52,968 nt of DNA from a virus. Taxonomy: Duplodnaviria; Caudoviricetes. A program made the position numbers and the translations under genes. The notes beneath the pieces were generated by a model that worked only from the letters and a program-made list of their open reading frames with translations, had not been told where the DNA came from and searched no databases. Position 1 is the first letter of the stretch. Every line of letters begins with the position of its first letter. Shown here one piece after another: positions 9,699-18,689 of the stretch. The stretch covers positions 1-52,968 of IMG/VR virus record IMGVR_UViG_3300030329_000759. One strand, given 5' to 3'.

Positions 9699-11750
9699 TT
9701 ATATATCTATTTGTTCTAACCAATTGTTTCCTATTTTTGCTTCTAATAATAATGGCACATTAAACTCTATGCCATATTTAGTTTCTAACAACTTAACTAA
9801 ATTCTTTTGCACTTCTTTAATAACATTTTGTATCTCATTAATTTCATCAGGATGTATATCAATTACTATTGAATCGTGTACTGAGTTTACCACAACACTC
9901 TTTAAATGTTTAATACTATTGTATATTTCCACTAAAACCAGGGGTACAATGTCTGCTGTGGCAAATGATTGTACAGGATAATTCTTTATTTGTGTAAAAT
10001 TTGTTACCGATCCGTCCCTTCTCCTCTTAGTATCAGGAAAAGAAAACTCTCTTCCACTAGGTATTTTTATGTATCCATAATTAACTGCTTGATTGGCTAA
10101 TTTTTTATGCCATTTACCTATACCTTTATACTTCTCTAAAAAATGTTCATAATAAGTTGCCTCTGCTCTAGTCCTACCATAGCCTGATGCTCCATATAAA
10201 GGTGCAAATGTATGTGCTTTAGCTACTTGTCTAGTAGTAGGTTGTCCTGCATCACTTATTACTTTAGCAGTATAGGCGTGTACATCAAACCCCTCAGTCA
10301 CTTCCTTGATTGCTGTAGAATCTTGACTGAGAAAAGCTGCAACTCTAAATTCTAATTGTGCAAAGTCAGCCTCCATAATTTTGCCCCCATCAAATCTAGA
10401 TACAAATACTTTTTTGACAGGGAACGTTGAACCTCTAGGCATGTTTTGCATATTAGGATTAGAGCCTGAGAATCTACCTGTAGATGTTACATGTTGATTT
10501 AATTTTACATGTAGAAAATCATCCTCTTTTAAAAAGTTTTCGATGCCATCTACAAAGTTAGACAGATAACTAGTAATAGCAGACAATCTTCTCAATTGTC
10601 CTAAAAAAGTTTTAGCCTCGTCCATACCTTTAGTAGAGGCAACTCTTTCAAGCACCTCTAAATTACTTTTAGAAGTAGAAAAACCATTAGCTGATGCCCA
10701 CTTTACAGAAGGGGGGCTAAACTTTAGTCCTGCTATGTCTTTCGTTTGTTTATATATAAACCCTGTGCCATTACAAACAGAACACTTAGTGGGTTTTTTA
10801 TAAAGACCTCCTGTTTTTTTCTTTTTAAAATAAGAACCTTTACCTTTACATGAATTACATTGCTCTGCTCTAGTTTTATACAAAGTTTTAAAATTAAACT
10901 TTATTAAATTTTTAAATGCAGGTGTCGGCAGGTTTGGTTGTATAGAAGATGCCCATCTTTTTTTATCTATTGGTTGTCTACTAAATAAAACCCAAGACAA
11001 TTGTTCAGGGCTGCCTAGATTAATTGGGGTATCTCCCATTAAATATCTTGTGTAAGAGTTAAGTTTCTTTTCTAAATCTAACTTCTCTTCTTCAAACTCT
11101 TTTCTTACTTGAGATAATTTATTTCTGTCTATCTTGAATCCTGATTGATACATTCTAGACAGCACTACTGCCACTTCATTAGTAATGTCTATTGTTTTTT
11201 TAAGCCCTTGATTCTCAACATCCGACAATCTGTTTTGTATCTTCTCGTATACCTCCTTGGTCGCACCGAGATCATGTCGGAGGTAGGTTTCAAGTTCGAG
11301 TCTTGGAATTTCTCTTGTGCTATATCCTCTTTTAAAATATTCTTTGAGTGTATCTTCTTTTTTTGTTTCACATTCATATCTTTCTGCTACTGCTTTTAAT
11401 CCTAGTGGATTAGTTACACCCCTTTGTAAAACATACTCTGCCAACATAGTATCAAATACTTTACCCTCGTATTTAAACCCACTCTCCCACAACCATAACA
11501 GATCATGGGAAATATTATGTCCAATTAACAGAGTAGCTTGATCTAAATAGCCCTGAACAGCATAGTAATTAGATATTGGATCGTCTTCTCTAGTAACACC
11601 CACATGGTCGAAAATATAAGTGGATGAATCCTCAGAACCCAATGGGTAAATACCAACCATAACCAAAGCATTTGTCCTCTCGAATGGATCAAGATGTAAC
11701 TTATTGTTTTTAGTGGTTGTTGTGTTTTCAACATCTATTATTAATTCCAT
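9699..11750 (-). CDS. polA: Family A DNA polymerase with 3'-5' exonuclease and DnaJ-type zinc-finger insertion
   Basis: ExoI DVE, GHNISHD; motif A DFAQLE; motif B KAHTFAPLYG (Phe762 equivalent); motif C VHDS; two CxxCxGxG repeats. Confidence 0.96.
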   Translation of the reverse strand: MELIIDVENTTTTKNNKLHLDPFERTNALVMVGIYPLGSEDSSTYIFDHVGVTREDDPISNYYAVQGYLDQATLLIGHNISHDLLWLWESGFKYEGKVFDTMLAEYVLQRGVTNPLGLKAVAERYECETKKEDTLKEYFKRGYSTREIPRLELETYLRHDLGATKEVYEKIQNRLSDVENQGLKKTIDITNEVAVVLSRMYQSGFKIDRNKLSQVRKEFEEEKLDLEKKLNSYTRYLMGDTPINLGSPEQLSWVLFSRQPIDKKRWASSIQPNLPTPAFKNLIKFNFKTLYKTRAEQCNSCKGKGSYFKKKKTGGLYKKPTKCSVCNGTGFIYKQTKDIAGLKFSPPSVKWASANGFSTSKSNLEVLERVASTKGMDEAKTFLGQLRRLSAITSYLSNFVDGIENFLKEDDFLHVKLNQHVTSTGRFSGSNPNMQNMPRGSTFPVKKVFVSRFDGGKIMEADFAQLEFRVAAFLSQDSTAIKEVTEGFDVHAYTAKVISDAGQPTTRQVAKAHTFAPLYGASGYGRTRAEATYYEHFLEKYKGIGKWHKKLANQAVNYGYIKIPSGREFSFPDTKRRRDGSVTNFTQIKNYPVQSFATADIVPLVLVEIYNSIKHLKSVVVNSVHDSIVIDIHPDEINEIQNVIKEVQKNLVKLLETKYGIEFNVPLLLEAKIGNNWLEQIDI

Positions 11751-12993
11751 TTACTCTCTCTCCTATCCATTTAACAACAGGCACAGCCATGCTATTACCT
11801 AATGCTTTATACCTATGTCCATCAGGTGTGTGAGGTCTATTGTCATAAGGTATCTCAGTATATCCACATGGAAACCCTTGTAGTCTTTCACATTCTACAG
11901 GAGTTAAACGTCTAATTACTGACTTTTGATGGACATAATTTGTTTGTCTTGCCCCAGAATCTGCCGACAAAGATCCAGATATACTTCCATCTTCTCCTAT
12001 ATAACGAACTTCATCACGTTGATTCTGTTGAAAAATCTTTGGTTCTTGAGCCTCATATACAATAGGAGTGTCTGTCATATTTTCCCACCTTGCTTTCATG
12101 GTAGGGGATGTTTGCTCAGTATCTCTGTATCGTGCATCTTTAGCACGAGCTTCATATACAACAGCATGAACATCTGTTTTAGTTAAGGTGTACATGGTAT
12201 TGTCCTCAGATGCACCTACTCCATTTGGTCCAGCTTTCTCACTTCTGCCAATTAGATTACCTTGAATAGAAACAGGTACAAATCTAGGACAATCCGAGTT
12301 AATATGTTGATCTTCTAAACCCATCTTATCTCCATACCTAGCATCAAGTGTGTTACTTATTCTCGCAGGCCACCTGTTGTCTGTAGTAGAGCTTCCTCTA
12401 GTTTCTTTGGTAGTGTCTTTCCCCTTTTGTCTGCTCTCCTCAGTATCCCTCGACAGGCTTTCGGACTCAAAGAGTATCTCTGCTGCACTTCTCCAGTCCC
12501 CTGAAGAACATCCAACAACAAAGACTCTTTTACGTCTTTGGGGTACTCCGAAATATTGAGCATCCAAAGTTCTGTAGGCGAACCCATACCTGATTTCTTG
12601 AATCGCCCTGATGAAGGAGCTAAAGTCTTTTCCTTTGTTAGAGGACAAAACTCCAGGGACATTTTCCCAGATGAAATATTTGGGTTTAAAGTGGTCAAGT
12701 AATCCAATATAGGTGAGGGCAAGGTTTCCTCTTGGGTCTTCAAGTCCTTTCCTAAGTCCTGAGATACTGAACGATTGGCATGGTGTTCCTCCAATGATAA
12801 GGTCAACTGGTTCATTTATATTCCACTCCTTGTAGTTAGTCATGTCACCTAGATTAGGTACGTTTGGGTAATGATGCTTCAGAACAGCAGACGGAAACTT
12901 ATCTACCTCAGAAAAACCTAAAGGATTCCAACCTAGATTTTTCCAAGCTACAGTAGCTGCCTCTATTCCTGAACAAACTGATATGTAGTTCAT
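11728..12993 (-). CDS. DNA (cytosine-5) methyltransferase
   Basis: Motif I CSGIEA, IV GTPCQSFS, VI ENVPG, VIII PQRRKR, IX RRLTPVECERLQGFP, X ALGNSMAVPV. Confidence 0.95.
   Translation of the reverse strand: MNYISVCSGIEAATVAWKNLGWNPLGFSEVDKFPSAVLKHHYPNVPNLGDMTNYKEWNINEPVDLIIGGTPCQSFSISGLRKGLEDPRGNLALTYIGLLDHFKPKYFIWENVPGVLSSNKGKDFSSFIRAIQEIRYGFAYRTLDAQYFGVPQRRKRVFVVGCSSGDWRSAAEILFESESLSRDTEESRQKGKDTTKETRGSSTTDNRWPARISNTLDARYGDKMGLEDQHINSDCPRFVPVSIQGNLIGRSEKAGPNGVGASEDNTMYTLTKTDVHAVVYEARAKDARYRDTEQTSPTMKARWENMTDTPIVYEAQEPKIFQQNQRDEVRYIGEDGSISGSLSADSGARQTNYVHQKSVIRRLTPVECERLQGFPCGYTEIPYDNRPHTPDGHRYKALGNSMAVPVVKWIGERVNGINNRC
12357..12815 (-). CDS. Overprinted alternative-frame ORF, M.EcoHK31I beta-polypeptide-like
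   Basis: 152 open codons inside the MTase on the same strand; GGA 5 nt upstream of the ATG; LSPKACRGILRRADKRGKTLP motif recalled from MTase-overlapping ORFs. Confidence 0.65.
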   Translation of the reverse strand: MNQLTLSLEEHHANRSVSQDLGKDLKTQEETLPSPILDYLTTLNPNISSGKMSLEFCPLTKEKTLAPSSGRFKKSGMGSPTELWMLNISEYPKDVKESLLLDVLQGTGEVQQRYSLSPKACRGILRRADKRGKTLPKKLEEALLQTTGGLRE

Positions 12994-14210
12994 GCTGAAT
13001 ATACTCCTGTATGAAAGTCAAACTCACAATTAACAATCCTATGAACACCTGATATTTTATTTTTGACTATGTTTAGATACCTTAGTCCATCATCTTCAGT
13101 CTGATCGTTCATAGGGGGATTCCTAGCAATAAGAATCATAAGATCCGACTCCCCTGCTAGACCTGTTTTACTACCCTCAATCATGGCTTGTGATAAAACA
13201 ATCTTACCCTCTGCCTCTGCCGATAGTTGAGTGCAATAAACAACTAAACAGCCATACATTTTGCCTATGTTTCTAGCATAAATAGCATTGGCTTTTAATA
13301 CTTCATGGTTGTTGGTGTTAGATCCCTCTTCAGAAAACTTACTACCAATGTCCATGACAACTATGTCAGGCGAGTAGCTTTTTATAACTGCCTCTGCCCA
13401 AGACATAGTTTTTCCTGTAGCATCTAGGAATTTTAATTTATCTTTTATGGGGTCATAAAGTCTATGTGCCTCTGTCTTATCTTTTACAATTTGATTCATG
13501 GTCATGCCTGTGCAAGCAGTCATGTATCTAGCTGCAATTCTCTCAGGCTTTTCCTCATTGCATAAAATAAGAATCCTAGCACCTTGTTTAGCCCAACCAT
13601 TAGGACTAGCACAAAGGGTTGCATGGAAACTAGACTTACCTACATTTGATCTAGCACCTATGACAAACAGCATTCCATTGTCTAATCCATTCACACCTTG
13701 AAACAAAGAGGGAATGTTAAACTGCCATCTAGTATTACTACTTGCACTAGCTATCAATCCCTCAATAGTGTTGTCAATAAAATCTGTTTTTATTCTAGGT
13801 ATAAAATTATCTTGATGGTTTTCTAAAATATCTTTTAGTGGCTCAAGTGTAGTGACATCCCCATTGACATATTGAAAACCGAGATTGGCTACCAACTCTC
13901 CGACATACTGTCTATTAAGACTAGAAAGTAAATCATCTGCAACGTCTACACCTATGGCAGTTGCAGTTTCTATTTGCTTAAAAAATAAATTAAATTGTTG
14001 CTTCTGAGATGTTGTTAATGTGGGATGTGATGTAAAGAATAAACCTTTGACTTCTTCTAACTCTAGGTCACGTTGATAACTATCCATAGCATCATCTATA
14101 ACCTGTTTAATTTTTTTAATATCTTTTGTGAATAAATTGTTTGAACATCTCCCTTTTAATGAATCATAAAAATCTTTACTTAGTAAACTCTTTATTAGTG
14201 AATGTTCCAT
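12990..14210 (-). CDS. DnaB-like (SF4) replicative helicase
   Basis: Walker A GARSNVGKS, NEE, VVMD, TQLS, IVKNKISG. Confidence 0.9.
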   Translation of the reverse strand: MEHSLIKSLLSKDFYDSLKGRCSNNLFTKDIKKIKQVIDDAMDSYQRDLELEEVKGLFFTSHPTLTTSQKQQFNLFFKQIETATAIGVDVADDLLSSLNRQYVGELVANLGFQYVNGDVTTLEPLKDILENHQDNFIPRIKTDFIDNTIEGLIASASSNTRWQFNIPSLFQGVNGLDNGMLFVIGARSNVGKSSFHATLCASPNGWAKQGARILILCNEEKPERIAARYMTACTGMTMNQIVKDKTEAHRLYDPIKDKLKFLDATGKTMSWAEAVIKSYSPDIVVMDIGSKFSEEGSNTNNHEVLKANAIYARNIGKMYGCLVVYCTQLSAEAEGKIVLSQAMIEGSKTGLAGESDLMILIARNPPMNDQTEDDGLRYLNIVKNKISGVHRIVNCEFDFHTGVYSA

Positions 14211-15051
14211 TAAATGCCTCTATTGTATTTTTTATAAATGTAACGTCTGCTAATTTTCTGTACTTAATATCATCTGTTAATTTCAAAGCTAATACTTTCA
14301 CTCCATGTGATTTTAATATTTTTGTGTACTCAATTGTTTTCTTAGCTGCATCAGGATCAAGAGCAACTATAACCCTTTTAAAGTGTTTAAGTGCTTGTAT
14401 GTGATGTATGTTCATGGAAGTACCTAGTATGGCTACACCTGTAGCACCAAGAGTTTCTATAACACAGGCACTCACAACATCCTCTACAACTATACCTAGC
14501 TTGTGTTGCCCTCGAACAAAACCCTCTGCATAATTACCATACCTTTTCCATTTAGGAATGACATTATCATCTACTGCTCTGCCAACAGCATCTACTAACT
14601 TGCCGTTATCTTCTACAGGAAAAACAATCCTACTCTCTTTAACGTCATAGTGTAAATTAAGATCCTTTGCCCACAGTCCATACCTCTCACAAAATTCAGT
14701 CACAACTGCATACGGATTGTAAGTAACATTGCAATCATTAACATGTTCATAATCATAATTTAACAGGGGTCTGACATGATCAGGTAAAGAAAAAATATCA
14801 GTGTTAATTCTGTTTAGATCGTCCGACTTTTCTATTTTAAAATCTTGCATTCTTTTTCTTATTTCCTCGGCTGACATAAGTATGGTTTTAGCACCTGACA
14901 GAGAACAACTATTAGCATAGCAATTCCATATCAGCTTTCCCATATTGTTGGTTGCAGTAAAGGTGTTAGACCTATTACACTCAGGACATTTACCCCGGAA
15001 TTTCTGTCCGTCAGATAAGTCTAAGTCCTCTACATACCTAAGTACGTTCAC
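14176..15051 (-). CDS. DNA primase
   Basis: N-terminal CPEC...C...C zinc finger; TOPRIM VVED...ALDPDA. Confidence 0.9.
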   Translation of the reverse strand: MNVLRYVEDLDLSDGQKFRGKCPECNRSNTFTATNNMGKLIWNCYANSCSLSGAKTILMSAEEIRKRMQDFKIEKSDDLNRINTDIFSLPDHVRPLLNYDYEHVNDCNVTYNPYAVVTEFCERYGLWAKDLNLHYDVKESRIVFPVEDNGKLVDAVGRAVDDNVIPKWKRYGNYAEGFVRGQHKLGIVVEDVVSACVIETLGATGVAILGTSMNIHHIQALKHFKRVIVALDPDAAKKTIEYTKILKSHGVKVLALKLTDDIKYRKLADVTFIKNTIEAFNGTFTNKEFTK

Positions 15052-15968
15052 AGTATATCACCTTTGCCTGTTGCAGTACGGAGTTTAAAGGCTTCTGTGC
15101 TACTTGTCAAGGTGTTCTTCATATAAGGTTTTAAAGACTGAGCATTAGCATGGCCTGTAACTGACATGATCTGTGGTAAGGGTACACTAGCCTCAACCAT
15201 CTCGGTAGTGCCTGTTCTTCTCATATCCATAATCCACAAACTGTCAGGCAGTCCTGCCTTACTACGAATGTTTCTAGCTAAAGTGCCTAGTATAACTTTC
15301 TCATAAGGCTTCTCCTGGATTTTGCCGTATGCTATTCGAGGTGCTATGTAAGGTTGAAAACCTACGTCCTCATGTTGCTGCACTAATATCTTGTGTAATG
15401 AATCAGGTGTAGGTAACTCAACCTTTGCTCTACGTTTAGACTGTTCTAGTTTTAACACTTGATCGTCAAAAGAATAATTCTCCCATTTTAAATTAGTCAT
15501 ATCACCCAATCTCTGACACCATGTGTATGCCATGTGTACTATCAGTCCAACTGATCGCCACTCAAATTTAGAATATGCAGTATCCAGGAATTGTTTAATC
15601 TGCTCTTGTGTCCATACCTCTTGTCTAACTCTATGAGGCAGCTTCTCAATGTGTGTGAATGGATTATGCATACACAAACCTACTTTAATTCCATAGTTAA
15701 ATACCCTAGACATAACAGATCTAGTGTGATTAGCTGTAGGTACACCACGATTTTTAGCCCATTCGTTGTAGGCTTTTTGCACTATGGGTGTAGTTAAAGT
15801 TTTTACTTTGTGATCATATAAATCTGTGCCATGTGGATTAGCATCACAACAAATAGATATAAAGTAGTTGTAATCTCTTCGAGTATTGTCCGACAATTTT
15901 TCATAAGATAAGGATGCAATGTACTCTTCAACTAGCACCCTTACTGTAGATAGTTTTTTCCTTGCCAT
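15048..15968 (-). CDS. int: Tyrosine recombinase/integrase
   Basis: QRLGD (R), QSK (K), MDMRRT (HxxR position), TGH, KPY (Y); N-terminal SAM-like helices. Confidence 0.88.
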   Translation of the reverse strand: MARKKLSTVRVLVEEYIASLSYEKLSDNTRRDYNYFISICCDANPHGTDLYDHKVKTLTTPIVQKAYNEWAKNRGVPTANHTRSVMSRVFNYGIKVGLCMHNPFTHIEKLPHRVRQEVWTQEQIKQFLDTAYSKFEWRSVGLIVHMAYTWCQRLGDMTNLKWENYSFDDQVLKLEQSKRRAKVELPTPDSLHKILVQQHEDVGFQPYIAPRIAYGKIQEKPYEKVILGTLARNIRSKAGLPDSLWIMDMRRTGTTEMVEASVPLPQIMSVTGHANAQSLKPYMKNTLTSSTEAFKLRTATGKGDIL

Positions 15969-16162
15969 TAGTCTGTCCCTTTACATAAATGATAATTAAC
16001 CATTCGATCTGCATATCTTTTTCCGTATGCTATTCTCGGTACACAACTGTCAGGCTCTGTTGTATTACCTGTGTAAAAATAAATCTTATAAGTGTTATTC
16101 TTATCTTGATGTATCTCGCATCTTCTTGATTGATCTCTGTTGTATTTAAATTTAACAATCAT
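15968..16162 (-). CDS. Hypothetical protein
   Basis: ORF coupled to the integrase start; likely start MIVKF. Confidence 0.6.
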   Translation of the reverse strand: MIVKFKYNRDQSRRCEIHQDKNNTYKIYFYTGNTTEPDSCVPRIAYGKRYADRMVNYHLCKGTD

Positions 16163-16311
16163 TCTGTTGTTTCCCATAAAGAATCTAAAAAAAATCTAAG
16201 TATCTGATTATGATCCATCGACATAATTGTTATCCAATTAGCATACTTCCAATCTTGATAATAGTTTTCATAGTAATGCTCAAAAAGCTCTTGATTAGCT
16301 CTATGACTCAT
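16159..16311 (-). CDS. 50-aa hypothetical protein MSHRANQELF...
   Basis: Hand-translated; ATGA overlaps at both ends. Confidence 0.6.
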   Translation of the reverse strand: MSHRANQELFEHYYENYYQDWKYANWITIMSMDHNQILRFFLDSLWETTE

Positions 16312-16616
16312 TGTTTACCCCCCTTTAACATGTTATGTATGATGTTTTTAATAAGTTTGTAGTCATACTTAGTGTCTTGACCCTCTACCTCTTTGTGTAT
16401 TGCAAGTATTAAACTTTTAGGTATAGCTGCATTTAAGTAATTTAAAAACTCTTGATCGTTAGGAATTAATTTATCTAATGCAGGTAAGTCTTTTCGTAAC
16501 TCTTCCATTACCAATTTTCTATTAGGTGTAAATGACAGAGCCTCTGTCCAATCTTTAGCATTTGCTCGAACAAACATATATGCTAACAAATCAAACCCCC
16601 TTAATACTTTACTCAT
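16308..16616 (-). CDS. Hypothetical protein
   Basis: 102-aa ORF with AGGAGA RBS. Confidence 0.7.
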   Translation of the reverse strand: MSKVLRGFDLLAYMFVRANAKDWTEALSFTPNRKLVMEELRKDLPALDKLIPNDQEFLNYLNAAIPKSLILAIHKEVEGQDTKYDYKLIKNIIHNMLKGGKQ

Positions 16617-16688
16617 AATTAATCTCCTATAAAAGAAAAGGTAGTATTAATGTTGCAAAGTAAAACAACAAACTCCACATAAAAAATC

Positions 16689-16898
16689 TCATCTCTTCTT
16701 CCTCCCTAATCGTATTTGTCTTTTATAATAATCCTCTGCTTCTTTTTGCTCAAGAAAATGTCTAGTTGCAACTAACTCTTGTCGCATATAAGGGCAATAG
16801 GTTTTGTAAACTACACAGTAATTATTACTTTGTTTGTCTTCTTTCTTCTTGAGGTCTACTAGATAAGGTAGTGTTTCATAAAAGTATTCATCAATCAT
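16689..16898 (-). CDS. Hypothetical protein
   Basis: 69-aa ORF with TAATG coupling. Confidence 0.6.
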   Translation of the reverse strand: MIDEYFYETLPYLVDLKKKEDKQSNNYCVVYKTYCPYMRQELVATRHFLEQKEAEDYYKRQIRLGRKKR

Positions 16899-17233
16899 TA
16901 TCCTCTACCTCCACAATGTGATGTTCTCTTAACATCTGCAAAAATATTATGTACGTCCACCTCATCTTTCAACCCCCAATTTTTGGGTTGTTTTTTTTCA
17001 TAATGTTTTCGGATGTAATAAATAGTTTTTGACTTTCTTTGTCCCCTGTTCGGTACTGTAATATCTACTAACACTCCCTCATCCGAAAGAATTTGTAAGA
17101 CATAACGAGTGGCATTAGGTGAAACATTCAACTTTTTCGACAGACTTATAGCAGTCCAACCCTCTTTATTATCCAAATTATTTTTAACAAAATCTCTGAC
17201 GAGTTTAGTAGCTGTTGATGGTGGTCTTGACAT
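16898..17233 (-). CDS. Winged helix-turn-helix DNA-binding protein
   Basis: WTAISLSKKLNVSPNATRYVLQILSDEGVL pattern; start MSRPP after GGGGAG. Confidence 0.65.
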   Translation of the reverse strand: MSRPPSTATKLVRDFVKNNLDNKEGWTAISLSKKLNVSPNATRYVLQILSDEGVLVDITVPNRGQRKSKTIYYIRKHYEKKQPKNWGLKDEVDVHNIFADVKRTSHCGGRG

Positions 17234-17354
17234 CTTCTCTCCCCTCTTTCTCTTTAATTTTTTGTAGTATGTTTTTAAATTTATCTCCATGTATCTTACG
17301 AGATCGATTGGGATTTTTTATTTGATCCCTAACAATAGGATTTCTTATGGTCAT
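17205..17354 (-). CDS. 49-aa basic hypothetical protein MTIRNPIVRD...
   Basis: Hand-translated; GGAG RBS. Confidence 0.55.
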   Translation of the reverse strand: MTIRNPIVRDQIKNPNRSRKIHGDKFKNILQKIKEKEGREDVKTTINSY

Positions 17355-17394
17355 GTTTAGACTCCACACAATTATAAAAAAAAAAAATTAGTAT

Positions 17395-17500
17395 GATCAC
17401 TTGTACTCTAGACACTAAAAAGAATTATCTTAATGCCCCCTAGCCTTTCAAATGTTTTCGTGCATCTCTCGTACCCTAAGTATTGTCAGTACAAGCAATC
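17395..17500 (-). ncRNA. Candidate structured RNA (long interrupted hairpin)
   Basis: 13-bp closing stem GAUUGCUUGUACU/AGUACAAGUGAUC with two G-U pairs, nested inner stems, U12 tract shortly downstream. Confidence 0.45.
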
Positions 17501-17649
17501 AAAATTTTAATACCAAAGTACACTTTTACAAATGTACTTCAGAATTAATACTTTGATACTACTTATAGTCTTAGTTTCCTAAAACAAAATCTGTGCCGTT
17601 GCTAACCTACCTTTCTATTATTTAACTGTTACAAGTTTAGTACACAAAT

Positions 17650-17802
17650 TTAAGACCTGTCAACTTTTTTTTTCTTAGTCGATGGTTTTAACCTACGTCT
17701 TCTCGAAGATCCTTTGCCCTCCTGGATTCCAGGTGAATCAAAAGTTTTAATTTGTTCAACGTGTTGTTTAAAAATATCAAAAAATATTTGTTTTAAATCC
17801 AT
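17650..17802 (-). CDS. Small basic hypothetical protein
   Basis: Start MDLKQ after GAGG. Confidence 0.5.
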   Translation of the reverse strand: MDLKQIFFDIFKQHVEQIKTFDSPGIQEGKGSSRRRRLKPSTKKKKVDRS

Positions 17803-17803
17803 T

Positions 17804-18019
17804 TTACTTCCTCTCATATTCAGGGGTTGCATAAAAGAACATACACTTAGCTTCCAACTGCTCATGTGTCAATTCATATTGTGATCTAGCTAATGTTTCT
17901 CCATCATCTCTGCCTACTTGGTAGGCATGTTGCCATACATTTTTTATTTCTTTGGTATTTATATCTATGAAAAAGAAAATTAATAGGCCACCTAAAATAA
18001 AAGATAATACGTTTGTCAT
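17804..18019 (-). CDS. Membrane-anchored hypothetical protein
   Basis: N-terminal hydrophobic segment. Confidence 0.6.
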   Translation of the reverse strand: MTNVLSFILGGLLIFFFIDINTKEIKNVWQHAYQVGRDDGETLARSQYELTHEQLEAKCMFFYATPEYERK

Positions 18020-18022
18020 TTG

Positions 18023-18211
18023 TTACTCCAATTTAGATATTTCAATTACCAATGTTCCATCACTTGAGTGCATTTGATTTGAGATACCATAGTAATTAAG
18101 AACCTCTTCAAGACACCATGCTATATCCTCTTTAGGATAGGTGGGTTTAATAAGTTGTACCCTCATAAATGTTGGGTCTTTGTGATTCTTGTTTGCGTTT
18201 TGCAATTTCAC
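18023..18211 (-). CDS. Hypothetical protein
   Basis: ORF tiling the early operon. Confidence 0.55.
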   Translation of the reverse strand: MKLQNANKNHKDPTFMRVQLIKPTYPKEDIAWCLEEVLNYYGISNQMHSSDGTLVIEISKLE

Positions 18212-18505
18212 TTAGTTATTCTCCTCAAGTTTTCTCCACAACTCTGCATTCTCGATTTCTTGTATGTCTATCTTAATATCCCTGATAGCAATATCCAATG
18301 CTTTCAAAACAAATGTGTCAACTAAGTTCGACATCAACTCATATTGATCATCATTAAAATGTGTGGGTACAGACTTCAATGCGAGTAACTCATTTATCTT
18401 ATCTAAAATTATATGAGGTGAATTTTGAGAATAATATTTTAGTAAGTCTTCTCGACTGTTTCTGCTGATAGTAAAGTCATCTACTTCTTTTTTAGGTGTT
18501 GGCAT
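18212..18505 (-). CDS. Hypothetical protein
   Basis: ORF with AGGAG RBS. Confidence 0.65.
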   Translation of the reverse strand: MPTPKKEVDDFTISRNSREDLLKYYSQNSPHIILDKINELLALKSVPTHFNDDQYELMSNLVDTFVLKALDIAIRDIKIDIQEIENAELWRKLEENN

Positions 18506-18689
18506 TTCTATCTCCTAATGTATATGGTTTGTCTAAAAACTCTAAGACCTCTGCTGCTTTCTTGAATACTACAACTTCATTGGTAGCATTACTCGATTTA
18601 ATTTTGTAGTGATTGTCTTGATAAAATACTGTGTATACCACACCATTTACAGTAGTTTTTATCATGCCTTCATCAACTCTCTCTGTCAT
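18492..18689 (-). CDS. Hypothetical protein
   Basis: ORF with GAGG RBS. Confidence 0.6.
   Translation of the reverse strand: MTERVDEGMIKTTVNGVVYTVFYQDNHYKIKSSNATNEVVVFKKAAEVLEFLDKPYTLGDRNANT

Noticed and set aside
9724-14404. Other short nested or antisense ORFs in polymerase, MTase and helicase
   Set aside because: No motifs or RBS; only 12357-12815 has independent support
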